In this document: positions 18,617 to 28,430 of the stretch, piece by piece | How positions within the stretch are numbered: position 1 is the first letter of the stretch | How the letters are laid out: the number at the start of each line of letters is the position of its first letter | NCBI GenBank assembly: GCA_050179935.1 | Contig: JBFXEQ010000012.1 | Location: forward strand, 13,828 to 77,827 | Direction: 5' to 3' | Length of the DNA: 64,000 nt | Source: Bacteroidales bacterium | GTDB lineage: Bacteria; Bacteroidota; Bacteroidia; Bacteroidales; UBA12077 | Notes under the pieces: generated by a model | What the model was told of the DNA's origin: nothing | Seen by the model: the letters and a program-made list of their open reading frames with translations, nothing else | Databases searched by the model: none | Position numbers and translations under genes: made by a program

Positions 18617-21468
18617 TCAGCGACTTTATTTTCAAATACTTCTGATATTTTTTTTAATAATAATCTAATTTCGATGGGTTTAATAAGATAATCATCATAA
18701 CCGAGATTGATTATTTCCTGGCGGTCGCTTTCCATGGCAAATGCGGTTTGTGCAATCACCGGTGTTTTAATGCCTTTGCTTTTAATTAATTTAAGAGCTT
18801 CATTACCATTAAGTACCGGCATTTGTATGTCCATTAAGATTAGATCATAATCGTTATTTTGTTCCAATAAGTCAATTGCCTCCTTACCATCTTTTGCCCA
18901 GTTTACAGTAACATTTGTTTTCTCAAGAACAGCTTCAAGAAATCTGAAGTTTGTTTCGGCATCTTCGGCAATAAGAATTTTTTTATTTTGCCAATTGCTG
19001 AACTGCAAATCCGACTGGTTATGCTCTTCATTCTTTATCTGATTTATTGGATGGTCTTGTGAAATTGAAAAATAAAACGTTGTTCCTATTCCGGTTTCTG
19101 ATTCGAACCACAATTTGCCACCCAGATTCTCGACAAGTTTTTTCGAAATAGATAAACCTAATCCTGTTCCTCCATATTTTCTGGTATCGGTTTCATCAGC
19201 CTGCCTGAAAGGCTTTACCACAGAATCCATTTTTTCCTTAGGAATACCAATACCGGTATCCTTAACATAACAAATAATGTTGGAATCCTGAGTATAATAT
19301 CCAAATTCGATTTTTCCTTTTTCGGTAAACTTCAATGCATTATCGAGCAAATGAGTAAAAATTTGTTTAAACCTTTTTGGATCGGTATTTACTATAAAAT
19401 CTTTATCTGGAACACCTTTTTTGGCAATAAAACGAAGACCTTTTATCTCTTTTGATTTTTTTAACGCTTCAAAACCAACCAACAAGTCGTCTATAATGGT
19501 GTTTATGTTGGTGTTAATTTTATTTATTGAAAGCTGCTCTGCCTCAAGTTTTGAAACATCAATTATATCATCGATAATGATTAACAGATTATTTGCACTT
19601 TTTTCAATAATATTAAGGTACTCATTTTTATCATTTTCTGATAAATTTGGATTTTTTACAAGTGTTGAAAATCCTATAATTGCATTCATTGGTGTTCTTA
19701 TTTCGTGTGACATGTTTGTCAGAAATGCGGTTTTTAATCTATCCGATTCTTCGGCTTTTAGTTTTGCTTCGTTAAGGTTTTGTTCTATAAGTTTTTGGTT
19801 GGTGATATCATGGTAAATTATGTAGGTTCCTAATTTACCCGTAGTATTCATTATTGGGGTAGCTAAGATAGAAACAAATATTTTTCTTCCGTCTTTGCAA
19901 ACCCTCATTGTTTCTAAAGAAACATTAGATCCTTTTTCGGTTCTTAATGCATTTTCTTTTGCTTCGGCTTTAAGTTCTTCCGGAACAATAAAATCATCAA
20001 CGTCCTTATGATGTATCTCTGATTTTGTAAAACCAAACAACCGTGTAAACTCTTTATTTACCCGAATAACATGATTGTTGTTTCCGACTAAAACTATTGC
20101 TTCGGGGGCACTTTCAAACAGACCTTCGAAATATAATTCTTCTTCCATTTTTAGCAACTGCGTTTTTTTCATTTCTCGGATCATGCCATTGGCTGAGCTG
20201 GCTAGAGATTTAAACTCAGAAAAATAAACCCTATTTTCATCAATTAAAATGAAATCGTGAGAAGCTTTTTTAAAAAAACGTAGAAACGAGTCTATGCTAC
20301 TTGTTGCTTTTTTTGAAATGTAAATCGAAAAAACAGTAAATGCAGAAAAAATAATTATCAAAACAATTAGTATAATTATAATATCGGTTTTGATTGATTT
20401 ATAAAGCAATTGCTTATGTTCCGACAGAGTGGTTTCAATCTCATCGGTATAAACACCAGCTCCAACCATCCATTGCCATTCGGGAATACCTTTTACGAAC
20501 GAAATTTTATTTGCAATAACAGAGGAGGTAAGTTTTCGCCACGAATAATAAATAAAATCCCCTTCGGGATTTTTTGCAGCATTTCTTTCCTCCTGAATTA
20601 CTTTTACCCCATTCGGATCTTCGAGCTCCCAAAGATTCCTATTATCTAAGATAAGATTTCCATCTGTAATTAATGCATCACCATCGTAAGTATTTATAAA
20701 AATGTATCCTTCTTTTTCAAACCTGATTTTTGAAACCCTATCTAGCACATTTCTTTGAACGTCTTTTGTAAAATCATAAATATACTCACCGGTACCAATA
20801 TACCAATTGAAAGGGGCAAATAGCTTTACGAAAGAGATTTTTTGATATGTATTGTCTGATAAACCTGGTTTTTTCCAATAACCATAGCAAAACCCTTCAT
20901 CATAAGTTTTCACAGTTAATATCTCATCGCGAATTACATAATTTCCCATATCATCTTGCAGGCTGATAAGGTTTTTTCCCTCATAATCTGTTTTAATGGG
21001 GAAAAGATATTCTATACCACTTAACGATCCAATAAAGTAATAACCCCGTTCGTTGTTAAACCGAATTGGTCTCAATGCATCTATTATAATTTTTTGAATT
21101 TCGCTTACTGACTTCTTGTTTATATTTTCGGAATAAATATTTTGTGCCATACTTATGGCTTCATTTGTGCGGTTACGTAATAAATCTTTTAGATTTTGTT
21201 CAGTATGTATTCGGTTGTAATTAATAAAGTCGATAGCATTTAATGTTTCTTTTTTTACTGATTGTTTTTTCTTTTCAATAAAATCTTGCTGAAGTTTAAC
21301 ACTTTCCTTTTTAAATGCAGTAAACTTTTGATAAATAGAAAAATATCCCAATAAAAGAAATAAAACAACAATTACAATATACGTTTCGACCACCAGTAAA
21401 TTAACCAGTTTACGATTTTTCCCTGACAGAGATGAAAAATACTTTAAAAACGAATTACTAATTTTCAT
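18613..21468 (-). CDS. Hybrid sensor histidine kinase / response regulator with periplasmic double-Cache domain and PAS
   Basis: 951 aa. The periplasmic region between two TMs has Cache motifs (ERGYYFIGS..., EGYIFINTYDGDAL...). It continues with PAS, HisKA (FLTNMSHEIRTPMNAI), HATPase (GGTGLGLSISKKLV) and REC (LILMDIQMPVLNG). Confidence 0.92.
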   Translation of the reverse strand: MKISNSFLKYFSSLSGKNRKLVNLLVVETYIVIVVLFLLLGYFSIYQKFTAFKKESVKLQQDFIEKKKQSVKKETLNAIDFINYNRIHTEQNLKDLLRNRTNEAISMAQNIYSENINKKSVSEIQKIIIDALRPIRFNNERGYYFIGSLSGIEYLFPIKTDYEGKNLISLQDDMGNYVIRDEILTVKTYDEGFCYGYWKKPGLSDNTYQKISFVKLFAPFNWYIGTGEYIYDFTKDVQRNVLDRVSKIRFEKEGYIFINTYDGDALITDGNLILDNRNLWELEDPNGVKVIQEERNAAKNPEGDFIYYSWRKLTSSVIANKISFVKGIPEWQWMVGAGVYTDEIETTLSEHKQLLYKSIKTDIIIILIVLIIIFSAFTVFSIYISKKATSSIDSFLRFFKKASHDFILIDENRVYFSEFKSLASSANGMIREMKKTQLLKMEEELYFEGLFESAPEAIVLVGNNNHVIRVNKEFTRLFGFTKSEIHHKDVDDFIVPEELKAEAKENALRTEKGSNVSLETMRVCKDGRKIFVSILATPIMNTTGKLGTYIIYHDITNQKLIEQNLNEAKLKAEESDRLKTAFLTNMSHEIRTPMNAIIGFSTLVKNPNLSENDKNEYLNIIEKSANNLLIIIDDIIDVSKLEAEQLSINKINTNINTIIDDLLVGFEALKKSKEIKGLRFIAKKGVPDKDFIVNTDPKRFKQIFTHLLDNALKFTEKGKIEFGYYTQDSNIICYVKDTGIGIPKEKMDSVVKPFRQADETDTRKYGGTGLGLSISKKLVENLGGKLWFESETGIGTTFYFSISQDHPINQIKNEEHNQSDLQFSNWQNKKILIAEDAETNFRFLEAVLEKTNVTVNWAKDGKEAIDLLEQNNDYDLILMDIQMPVLNGNEALKLIKSKGIKTPVIAQTAFAMESDRQEIINLGYDDYLIKPIEIRLLLKKISEVFENKVAE

Positions 21469-21649
21469 TCTTATTAATGTAAAAGACCAATTATAGGAAT
21501 ATTATTTTCCAAAAAAAAGTAATTTATTAATTAATACTCTTAATTATAACAAAATGGTTTTCTTAAATTTGACGTGTGATTTAAAATAATCTATTATTGT
21601 GTAAAATTATAAAATTGAAAGAACAAAGTAAATTTCTAATTCGATAATC

Positions 21650-22966
21650 ATGAAAAACAATAAATTGCTAAAATATCTTCTGATTGCTGCTGCTGTGTTA
21701 ATTGTATTTGCAGTTATTGGTAAAAAGGCGGGTTGGTTTGGAGGACAGGTACTTATTAAAGTAAGTACGAAAAAGCCAGAATACAGAACAATTAATGAAA
21801 TGGTAACTGCAAGCGGAAAGGTCCAGCCCGAAACAGAAGTTAAAATATCTCCTGATGTTTCTGGTGAGATTGTTGAGTTAAATATTGCAGAAGGAGACGA
21901 CGTTCAAAAGGGTGATTTATTGCTAAAAATTAAACCCGACATTTATCTGTCTGCAATTGACAGAACAAGAGCATCGGTAAACTCAACCAAGGCTAATTAT
22001 GCCAATTCGCAATCTATGTTAGAACAAGTACAAACAAAGTTCAATCAGATGCAAAGATCATTTGAGCGAAGTAAAATACTGTGGGAGCAAAAAACAATTT
22101 CCGAAGCAGATTATGAAACTGCATTATCTAATTTTGAAATCACTAAATCTGAACTCGAAGCTGCTAAAAAAGCAGTCGAAGCTTCGAAATATGCTGTTCA
22201 AAGTGCCGAGGCAACACTTAAAGAAGCCGAAGAAAATCTTAAAAAAACAACTATTTACTCTCCAATAACCGGAACAATTTCAAAACTTAATGTTGAAAAG
22301 GGTGAGCGAGTGGTAGGTACTATGCAAATGCCTGGTACAGAAATATTACGAATCGCTAACCTCGAGAGAATGGAAGTTAAAGTTGAGGTAAACGAAAATG
22401 ATATTATTAAAGTTAAATTAAACGATACTGCATTTGTTGAGATCGATGCTTATTTGGGAGATAAATTTACAGGAGTTGTTACACAAATAGCTAATTCGGC
22501 AAATGTTACTGGAATGTCTGTTGACCAGGTTACTAGCTTTGAGGTTAAAATTCTTTTGTTAAAAGATTCATATGAGCATTTAAAAAACAGAGGTAAACTG
22601 AATCCTTTTCGCCCTGGAATGTCAGCTTCAGTTGATATTCAGACTACAACAAAACATAATATTCTGTCTATTCCAATTCAGGCAGTTACAACAAGAGTAG
22701 ATTCTCTCGAAATAAAAGGTGCACTTGTATCAAAAACAGTTGATGATACTCCAAAAGAAATGGTGTTTGTAGTTATGGCTGACTCGGTAAAATTACAACC
22801 TGTAGTTACTGGAATTCAGGATAATAAATTTATTGAAATTGTTACTGGAGTTACTATTGATGATCAAATTGTTATAGCACCCTACAGTGCCATATCCCGA
22901 AAACTGAAAAACGGAACAAAGGTTTCTGTGGTGGCTGAGGACAAGTTATTTGAAGAAAAAGAATAA
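21650..22966 (+). CDS. Efflux transporter periplasmic adaptor subunit (HlyD/MacA-like membrane fusion protein)
   Basis: 438 aa with an N-terminal anchor, a lipoyl-like hairpin (ISPDVSGEIVELNIAEGDDVQKGDLLLKI), a long coiled coil and beta-barrel domains. Confidence 0.8.
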   Translation: MKNNKLLKYLLIAAAVLIVFAVIGKKAGWFGGQVLIKVSTKKPEYRTINEMVTASGKVQPETEVKISPDVSGEIVELNIAEGDDVQKGDLLLKIKPDIYLSAIDRTRASVNSTKANYANSQSMLEQVQTKFNQMQRSFERSKILWEQKTISEADYETALSNFEITKSELEAAKKAVEASKYAVQSAEATLKEAEENLKKTTIYSPITGTISKLNVEKGERVVGTMQMPGTEILRIANLERMEVKVEVNENDIIKVKLNDTAFVEIDAYLGDKFTGVVTQIANSANVTGMSVDQVTSFEVKILLLKDSYEHLKNRGKLNPFRPGMSASVDIQTTTKHNILSIPIQAVTTRVDSLEIKGALVSKTVDDTPKEMVFVVMADSVKLQPVVTGIQDNKFIEIVTGVTIDDQIVIAPYSAISRKLKNGTKVSVVAEDKLFEEKE

Positions 22967-23002
22967 TTTCCACATCTAAAAAAACAAATCAGAGCTTTTA
23001 TT

Positions 23003-23719
23003 ATGGCCTTAATTTTAAATATTGAGACATCAACCACTGTTTGTTCTGTTGCTCTGGCGAAAAACGGTATTGCAATTAGCAAAAGAGAAAACCATGACGA
23101 GAAATCGCATGCAAAAACTCTGACCATTTATATTGATGAAGTACTAAAGGAAGCAAAGGTTAATTATAATCAGCTCGATGCTATTGCCGTAAGTAAAGGC
23201 CCGGGATCATATACGGGTTTACGAATAGGAGTTTCTGTTGGCAAAGGATTATGCTATGCACTTAATAAACCATTAATAGCAGTTAATACTCTTCAATTAA
23301 TGTGTTTGGGATTAATAAACAAAGTTAACTCAGGAGAGGTTCCTATCGAAAATTTTAGCAGTTCCTACTTGCTGCCAATGATTGATGCTCGAAGAATGGA
23401 AGTTTATACTGCATTATATTCATCAGACGCTAAAGTTATTAAAGATGTTTCAGCCGAAATAATAACCCCTGAATCATATAAGGAAATATTAGATGTAAGT
23501 AAAATAGTGTGCTTTGGCAACGGGGCTTTTAAAGCCAGCGAAATAATCAAACATCCGAATTTTAAGTTTATTCCTGATATTTTTACTCTAGCCCAATATA
23601 TGACCGAAATATCAGAAGAATTCTATTTAATGAAGAAATTTGAGGATATTGCATATTTTGAGCCTTTCTATCTTAAGGATTTTGTTGCAACAGTTCCCAA
23701 AAAAAACATTTTTAATTAA
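23003..23719 (+). CDS. tsaB: tRNA threonylcarbamoyladenosine (t6A) biosynthesis protein TsaB
   Basis: 238 aa. Contains ILNIETSTTVCSVALA and VSKGPGSYTGLRIGVS, the TsaB/YeaZ signature. Confidence 0.88.
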   Translation: MALILNIETSTTVCSVALAKNGIAISKRENHDEKSHAKTLTIYIDEVLKEAKVNYNQLDAIAVSKGPGSYTGLRIGVSVGKGLCYALNKPLIAVNTLQLMCLGLINKVNSGEVPIENFSSSYLLPMIDARRMEVYTALYSSDAKVIKDVSAEIITPESYKEILDVSKIVCFGNGAFKASEIIKHPNFKFIPDIFTLAQYMTEISEEFYLMKKFEDIAYFEPFYLKDFVATVPKKNIFN

Positions 23720-23760
23720 AGTAGCATAAAAATTGTTTTATATTAACAAAAAGATAAAAC

Positions 23761-24540
23761 ATGAATAAATGCATAAAAATATTTTCAGCTTTAGTTCTGG
23801 TGAGCTTGCTTGCCAAACCCTTAGTAAGTCAAACTATTAGTAAAAGAAGTGCTTTTACATCAGGCGAAAGCTTAAAGTATGTAGCCTATTTTGGAATGTT
23901 AAATGCAGGTTCAGCAATGCTTGTTGTTAAAGACTCGGTATATCAAGGTAAAAAAGTTTTTCATGCAAAAGCACTGGCTCATACAATAGGAATAGCTGAG
24001 AGGCTTTACAAAGTTCGTGATATTTACGAAAGCATGTTCGATACAACTACCGGATTACCCTATTTTTCAATCCGAAACATAAAGGAGGGCGGATATAAAT
24101 ACTATAACGAAGTTCAGTTTTTTCATCTTCAAAAGAAAATTTTAAGTAAGCGTTCTGGTGAAAAAAACGTTCCAGAACTTACTCTTGATATGCTCTCAGC
24201 ATTTTATTATATGCGCAATGCAATGTTTAATAAAGTTAAAAAGGTTGGTGATACAGTGATTCTTGATACTTACTTTGCCGACGAACTGTTTCCTTTAAAA
24301 ATGAGATATGTTGGCGATGAAAAGGTGAAAACCAAACTTGGCAAGTTCAATGCCATGAAGTTTTCACCTGTAGTAGAACCTGGTAGAGTTTTCGATTCTG
24401 AAGATGATGTTACCATATGGATTTCGAAGGACAAAAATTATATTCCATTACAAATCAGAATAGATCTAATTATAGGCTCAATAAAATGCGATCTAATTGA
24501 ATATAAGGGATTAAAGCATAATCTGGCACAAATGAATTAA
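23761..24540 (+). CDS. DUF3108-like secreted protein
   Basis: 259 aa with a signal peptide. GESLKYVAYFGMLNAGSAMLVV is a typical DUF3108 opening. Confidence 0.55.
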   Translation: MNKCIKIFSALVLVSLLAKPLVSQTISKRSAFTSGESLKYVAYFGMLNAGSAMLVVKDSVYQGKKVFHAKALAHTIGIAERLYKVRDIYESMFDTTTGLPYFSIRNIKEGGYKYYNEVQFFHLQKKILSKRSGEKNVPELTLDMLSAFYYMRNAMFNKVKKVGDTVILDTYFADELFPLKMRYVGDEKVKTKLGKFNAMKFSPVVEPGRVFDSEDDVTIWISKDKNYIPLQIRIDLIIGSIKCDLIEYKGLKHNLAQMN

Positions 24541-24597
24541 AATTAAAATACACAAATATATTATTCATATATTTTTAGTTATTTTAATGATTTACAC

Positions 24598-24605
24598 TAT
24601 TTTTG
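24598..24605 (+). promoter_or_regulatory. Candidate -7 box (TAnnTTTG) for efp
   Basis: TATTTTTG lies 31 nt upstream of the ATG at 24636. It overlaps the TTG used by the ORF track as a start. Confidence 0.35.
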
Positions 24606-24635
24606 CAACCTAAAAATGTAAAATTTAATTTTTTT

Positions 24636-25202
24636 ATGGCAACAACTGCAGATTTTAAAAACGGACTGTGTCTTGAGTATAATAACGATTTATATGTAAT
24701 AGTTCAGTTTCAACATGTAAAGCCAGGAAAAGGAGCAGCCTTTGTTCGAACCAAATTAAAAAATTTAAAAACCGGAAAAGTAATTGAAAATACTTTTTCT
24801 GCTGGCGTAAAAATCAATGTTCAGCGTATTGAACGACGTCCATATCAGTTTCTTTATACCGATGATATGGGTTATCATTTTATGCATCTCGAAACATACG
24901 AACAAGTATCGTTTGAGAAAGAATTAATCAATGCACCAGAGTTATTAAAAGAAGGACAAAGTGTAGAAGCTGTTTACCATGCTGATACAGAAACCCCATT
25001 GTATTGCGAACTTCCTCCATTTGTTGATTTAGAAGTTACCTATACAGAACCAGGTCTTAAAGGTGATACCGCATCAAGTAACGCACTTAAACCAGCAACC
25101 CTTGAAACAGGAGCTACTGTTATGGTTCCATTGTTTATTGTTACAGGTGAAAAGATTAAGGTCGATACCAGAGATGGATCATATAGCGAAAGAGTAAAAT
25201 AA
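24636..25202 (+). CDS. efp: Translation elongation factor P
   Basis: 188 aa from the ATG at 24636 ([10 protein letters not shown]...). Loop [15 protein letters not shown] places Lys32 at the tip. The ORF-track TTG start at 24603 is unlikely. Confidence 0.95.
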   Translation: MATTADFKNGLCLEYNNDLYVIVQFQHVKPGKGAAFVRTKLKNLKTGKVIENTFSAGVKINVQRIERRPYQFLYTDDMGYHFMHLETYEQVSFEKELINAPELLKEGQSVEAVYHADTETPLYCELPPFVDLEVTYTEPGLKGDTASSNALKPATLETGATVMVPLFIVTGEKIKVDTRDGSYSERVK

Positions 25203-25265
25203 TATTTTCATTTCTATTGTATTTTTTATATATTTAGTCAGAATACCCAAATACAATTCTGAAAT

Positions 25266-26504
25266 ATGGATATTTCAAGCAAAGCATCAATTAACAGATT
25301 AAAACTTTCGACATTTAAGTTGAATACTTTGCTTGCTGTTACCAAGGCTATAAACGCCAATCTTTCAACAGAAGATTTATTAAAGAGCTATGAGAAAATT
25401 CTTACCGATGATCTTAATATTGGTAAGATTCTTATTTTTAAGTTTGATAAATCATGGCATCTAATATTGAGTTCAGGATGCTCAAAAGAAATAATAGAAC
25501 AGATTAGTGTTGAGAAAGATTTAATTGAACACAAGGAAATATCTTTTATAACCTCTTCTCCAAATCCATCACTTCGTGTTTTTGATAATATTATTCCGGT
25601 ATTTAATAATAACTTACCAATTGCATTTGTTCTTATTGGTGATATTGAAGAGGAGAGCGAAGGTGTAAGTCCCACAATTAAACACCTACATTTTATTCAG
25701 ACTCTTTCAAATATTATAATTGTTGCTATAGAGAACATCCGATTGTACAAAGAATCGCTGCAACAGGAAGCATTAAGAAAAGAGTTGGAGTTAGCAAAAA
25801 AAATGCAGGCAATGTTAATTCCAGAGAATGATATTCTTCCACATAATGATAAAATATTTGTTTCAACTTTTTATCATCCGCACCAAGAAGTAGGAGGTGA
25901 TTATTATGATTTTTTAAAGCTTAGCGACGAGGAATTTGGATTTTGTATTGCTGATGTATCTGGTAAAGGAATATCCGCTGCGATATTAATGTCAAATTTC
26001 CAAGCCAACTTACGAGCTCTTTTTACCTCTGGTGCAACTCTTCCCGACGTGCTTCATAAACTTAATGAAAGAGTTATGGCGAGTGCAAAAGGAGAGAAGT
26101 TTATTACGTTGTTTATCGGTAAATACAGCTATAAAACCAATAAGCTTGAATATGTGAATGCGGGCCATAACCAACCCATTTTTTACAAAGTTAGAGATAA
26201 AGAACTTGTTTTTTTAAGCGAAGGTTGTGTTGGAATGGGTATGCTCGATGAAATTCCTGGCATATCGCAAGGATCTATAACTATAGATCAACGATCAAAG
26301 TTATTTTGTTATACCGATGGTCTTGTTGAACTTACTGATGAAGACGGAGTTAACTTTGGAACAGAAGAAGTTGAAAAGTGTGTAACCAATGACGATGAAA
26401 TAGATCAGAACATTAATCAAATTGTTAAAAGCCAAAAGATTTTAGAAGGCAGTATTTCTATTTTTGATGATATTTCAATAATTGGTATCGAGTTCTTTTC
26501 TTAG
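25266..26504 (+). CDS. GAF-domain PP2C-family (SpoIIE/RsbU-like) protein serine/threonine phosphatase
   Basis: 412 aa. The C-terminal half has PP2C/SpoIIE motifs (VGGDYYDF, CIADVSGKGISAAILMS, YVNAGHNQP, CYTDGLVE). The N-terminal half is GAF-like. Confidence 0.8.
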   Translation: MDISSKASINRLKLSTFKLNTLLAVTKAINANLSTEDLLKSYEKILTDDLNIGKILIFKFDKSWHLILSSGCSKEIIEQISVEKDLIEHKEISFITSSPNPSLRVFDNIIPVFNNNLPIAFVLIGDIEEESEGVSPTIKHLHFIQTLSNIIIVAIENIRLYKESLQQEALRKELELAKKMQAMLIPENDILPHNDKIFVSTFYHPHQEVGGDYYDFLKLSDEEFGFCIADVSGKGISAAILMSNFQANLRALFTSGATLPDVLHKLNERVMASAKGEKFITLFIGKYSYKTNKLEYVNAGHNQPIFYKVRDKELVFLSEGCVGMGMLDEIPGISQGSITIDQRSKLFCYTDGLVELTDEDGVNFGTEEVEKCVTNDDEIDQNINQIVKSQKILEGSISIFDDISIIGIEFFS

Positions 26505-26518
26505 TATCAAAAAAACAT

Positions 26519-26551
26519 AAAAAAAGGCCCTAAAATTCAGGGTCCTTTTTT
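26519..26551. terminator. Bidirectional intrinsic terminator
   Basis: AAAAAAGGCCCTAAAATTCAGGGTCCTTTTTT: a hairpin with one bulge and A/T runs on both sides, between convergent genes. Confidence 0.65.
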
Positions 26552-26571
26552 ATGTTTAGATAAATTTCTTA

Positions 26572-27546
26572 TTACCAATTCAATAACCATGCAAAAATAA
26601 GGGGAGCAACAATCGTTGCATCCGACTCAACAATAAACTTAGGCGTATTGATATCAAGCTTTCCCCAGGTAATTTTTTCGTTAGGGACTGCTCCCGAGTA
26701 GGATCCATAACTGGTTGTGGAATCTGAAATCTGGCAAAAATAACTCCAGAAAGGAATATTATGCATTTCCATATCTTGGTATAGCATTGGTACAACGCAA
26801 ATTGGAAAATCTCCTGATATTCCTCCTCCAATCTGGAAAAATCCAACACCCTTACCTCCGGAGTTTTTAATATACCAATCAGCCAGATAAGTCATGTACT
26901 CAATACCCGATTTCATGGTTGATGGTTTAAGATCTCCTTTTATACAATAGGATGCAAAAATATTACCCATAGTGCTGTCTTCCCAACCTGGAACAATAAT
27001 TGGTAGGTTTTTTTCTGCAGCAGCTATCATCCAGGAGTTTTTTCGGTCAATTTCGTAGTATTGTTCTAACACACCCGAAAGAATCATTTTGTACATGTAT
27101 TCATGTGGAAAATATCTTTCACCCTTATCATTTGCTTCTTTCCACAATTTGTAAATATGTTTCTGCAATCTGCGAAAAGCTTCTTCTTCTGGAATACATG
27201 TATCGGTTACTCTGTTTAGTCCTTTTTCGAGTAAATCCCACTCATCTTGAGGTGTTAGATCTCGGTAATGCGGAACTCTTTTATAATGCGAATGAGCGAC
27301 AAGATTCATTAAATCTTCTTCGAGGTTTGCACCTGTACATGAAATAATCTGAACCTTGTCCTGACGAATCATTTCTGCAAGGCTCTTTCCTAATTCAGCA
27401 GTACTCATCGCTCCAGCAAGTGTAATCATCATTTTTCCACCTTCAGCAAGATGTTTTTCATACCCTTTGGCGGCATCTTTTAAGGCGGCAGAATTAAAAT
27501 GTAAATAATGATCTTCGATAAACTGTGATATTGTATTTCTTTTCAT
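26572..27546 (-). CDS. Deoxyhypusine synthase-like protein (DHS family; possible homospermidine-synthase-type aminobutyl transferase)
   Basis: 324 aa. MITLAGAMSTAELGKSLAEMIRQDKVQIISCTGANLEEDL and the GG-rich NAD region match the DHS family. It is the last gene of a three-gene polyamine operon. Confidence 0.8.
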   Translation of the reverse strand: MKRNTISQFIEDHYLHFNSAALKDAAKGYEKHLAEGGKMMITLAGAMSTAELGKSLAEMIRQDKVQIISCTGANLEEDLMNLVAHSHYKRVPHYRDLTPQDEWDLLEKGLNRVTDTCIPEEEAFRRLQKHIYKLWKEANDKGERYFPHEYMYKMILSGVLEQYYEIDRKNSWMIAAAEKNLPIIVPGWEDSTMGNIFASYCIKGDLKPSTMKSGIEYMTYLADWYIKNSGGKGVGFFQIGGGISGDFPICVVPMLYQDMEMHNIPFWSYFCQISDSTTSYGSYSGAVPNEKITWGKLDINTPKFIVESDATIVAPLIFAWLLNW

Positions 27547-27554
27547 CTTTAATA

Positions 27555-28412
27555 TTATTTTAATGAATTCGATTTGTTAAAAATATAACTAAGAATTTTA
27601 TAATAAAGTTTAGCTGCCAGAAAATCGGGAGCTTTGTTCGATTTATTCGGGCAGAGTTCCATAATATCAAAACCAATAACATTTTTATTTTGCACCACCA
27701 ATTTAATAAAATCGACAACCTGAAACCAGTTCAATCCTCCAGGCTCAGGTGTTCCGGTCGAAGGCATAATAGATGAATCAAGAACATCCAGGTCAATAGT
27801 AATAAATACGGTGTCGGTAATTTTTGATAATGCATCCTTCATCCAGTCCTTATTAGCATGAATCTGATGTGAGAAAAAGCAGTTTTCTTTTTTCATGTAT
27901 TGCTTTTCTTCAACATCCATGCTTCGAATACCAATCTGAACCAGGTTTGTGGTATGCTGAGCTTCGTGTACAGCACATGCATGGTTACAGGCAGATTCTT
28001 CGTATTCTTTACGTAAATCAGCATGTGCATCAAATTGAAGAACAGTGATATTTTTAAATTTCTCTTTGAAAGCCCTGATAGAACCTATACTTATTGAATG
28101 CTCACCTCCAAAAAGGGTTACAAACTTCCCCTTGTTTAAATATTCTAATGTGGTTTTATGGACTGCATCAACCATCAATTCAGGAGTTCTGTTTTCGGTT
28201 ATGGGTTTAGCTAAAAAGACACCATTCTTATAAACTTCTGAATCTGTTTCAATATCGTACAACTCCATATTTGCCGACGCATCAAGAAAAGCTTCAGGGC
28301 CTTTGTCAGATCCTTTTACCCAAGTGCTGGTACCATCGTATGGCACAGGTATTAGAACAATTTTTGCTGTTTCGAGGATAGAGTATTCCTTTGGTATTCC
28401 TGCGTATGTCAT
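27555..28412 (-). CDS. speB: Agmatinase / ureohydrolase family protein
   Basis: 285 aa. Mn-binding motifs GGEHS, FDAHADL and ITIDLDVLD are present. It starts 19 nt downstream of the decarboxylase stop. Confidence 0.85.
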   Translation of the reverse strand: MTYAGIPKEYSILETAKIVLIPVPYDGTSTWVKGSDKGPEAFLDASANMELYDIETDSEVYKNGVFLAKPITENRTPELMVDAVHKTTLEYLNKGKFVTLFGGEHSISIGSIRAFKEKFKNITVLQFDAHADLRKEYEESACNHACAVHEAQHTTNLVQIGIRSMDVEEKQYMKKENCFFSHQIHANKDWMKDALSKITDTVFITIDLDVLDSSIMPSTGTPEPGGLNWFQVVDFIKLVVQNKNVIGFDIMELCPNKSNKAPDFLAAKLYYKILSYIFNKSNSLK

Positions 28413-28430
28413 TAAATAATAAACTAATAA

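Noticed and set aside
24603-24635. A TTG-initiated 11-codon N-terminal extension of EF-P. Similar TTG extensions occur for recO at 59960, the SPOR gene at 31142, kbl at 53100 and the lipoprotein at 50100.
   Set aside because: Canonical family N-termini begin at the internal ATGs. For efp and kbl a TAnnTTTG box overlaps or follows the putative upstream start.
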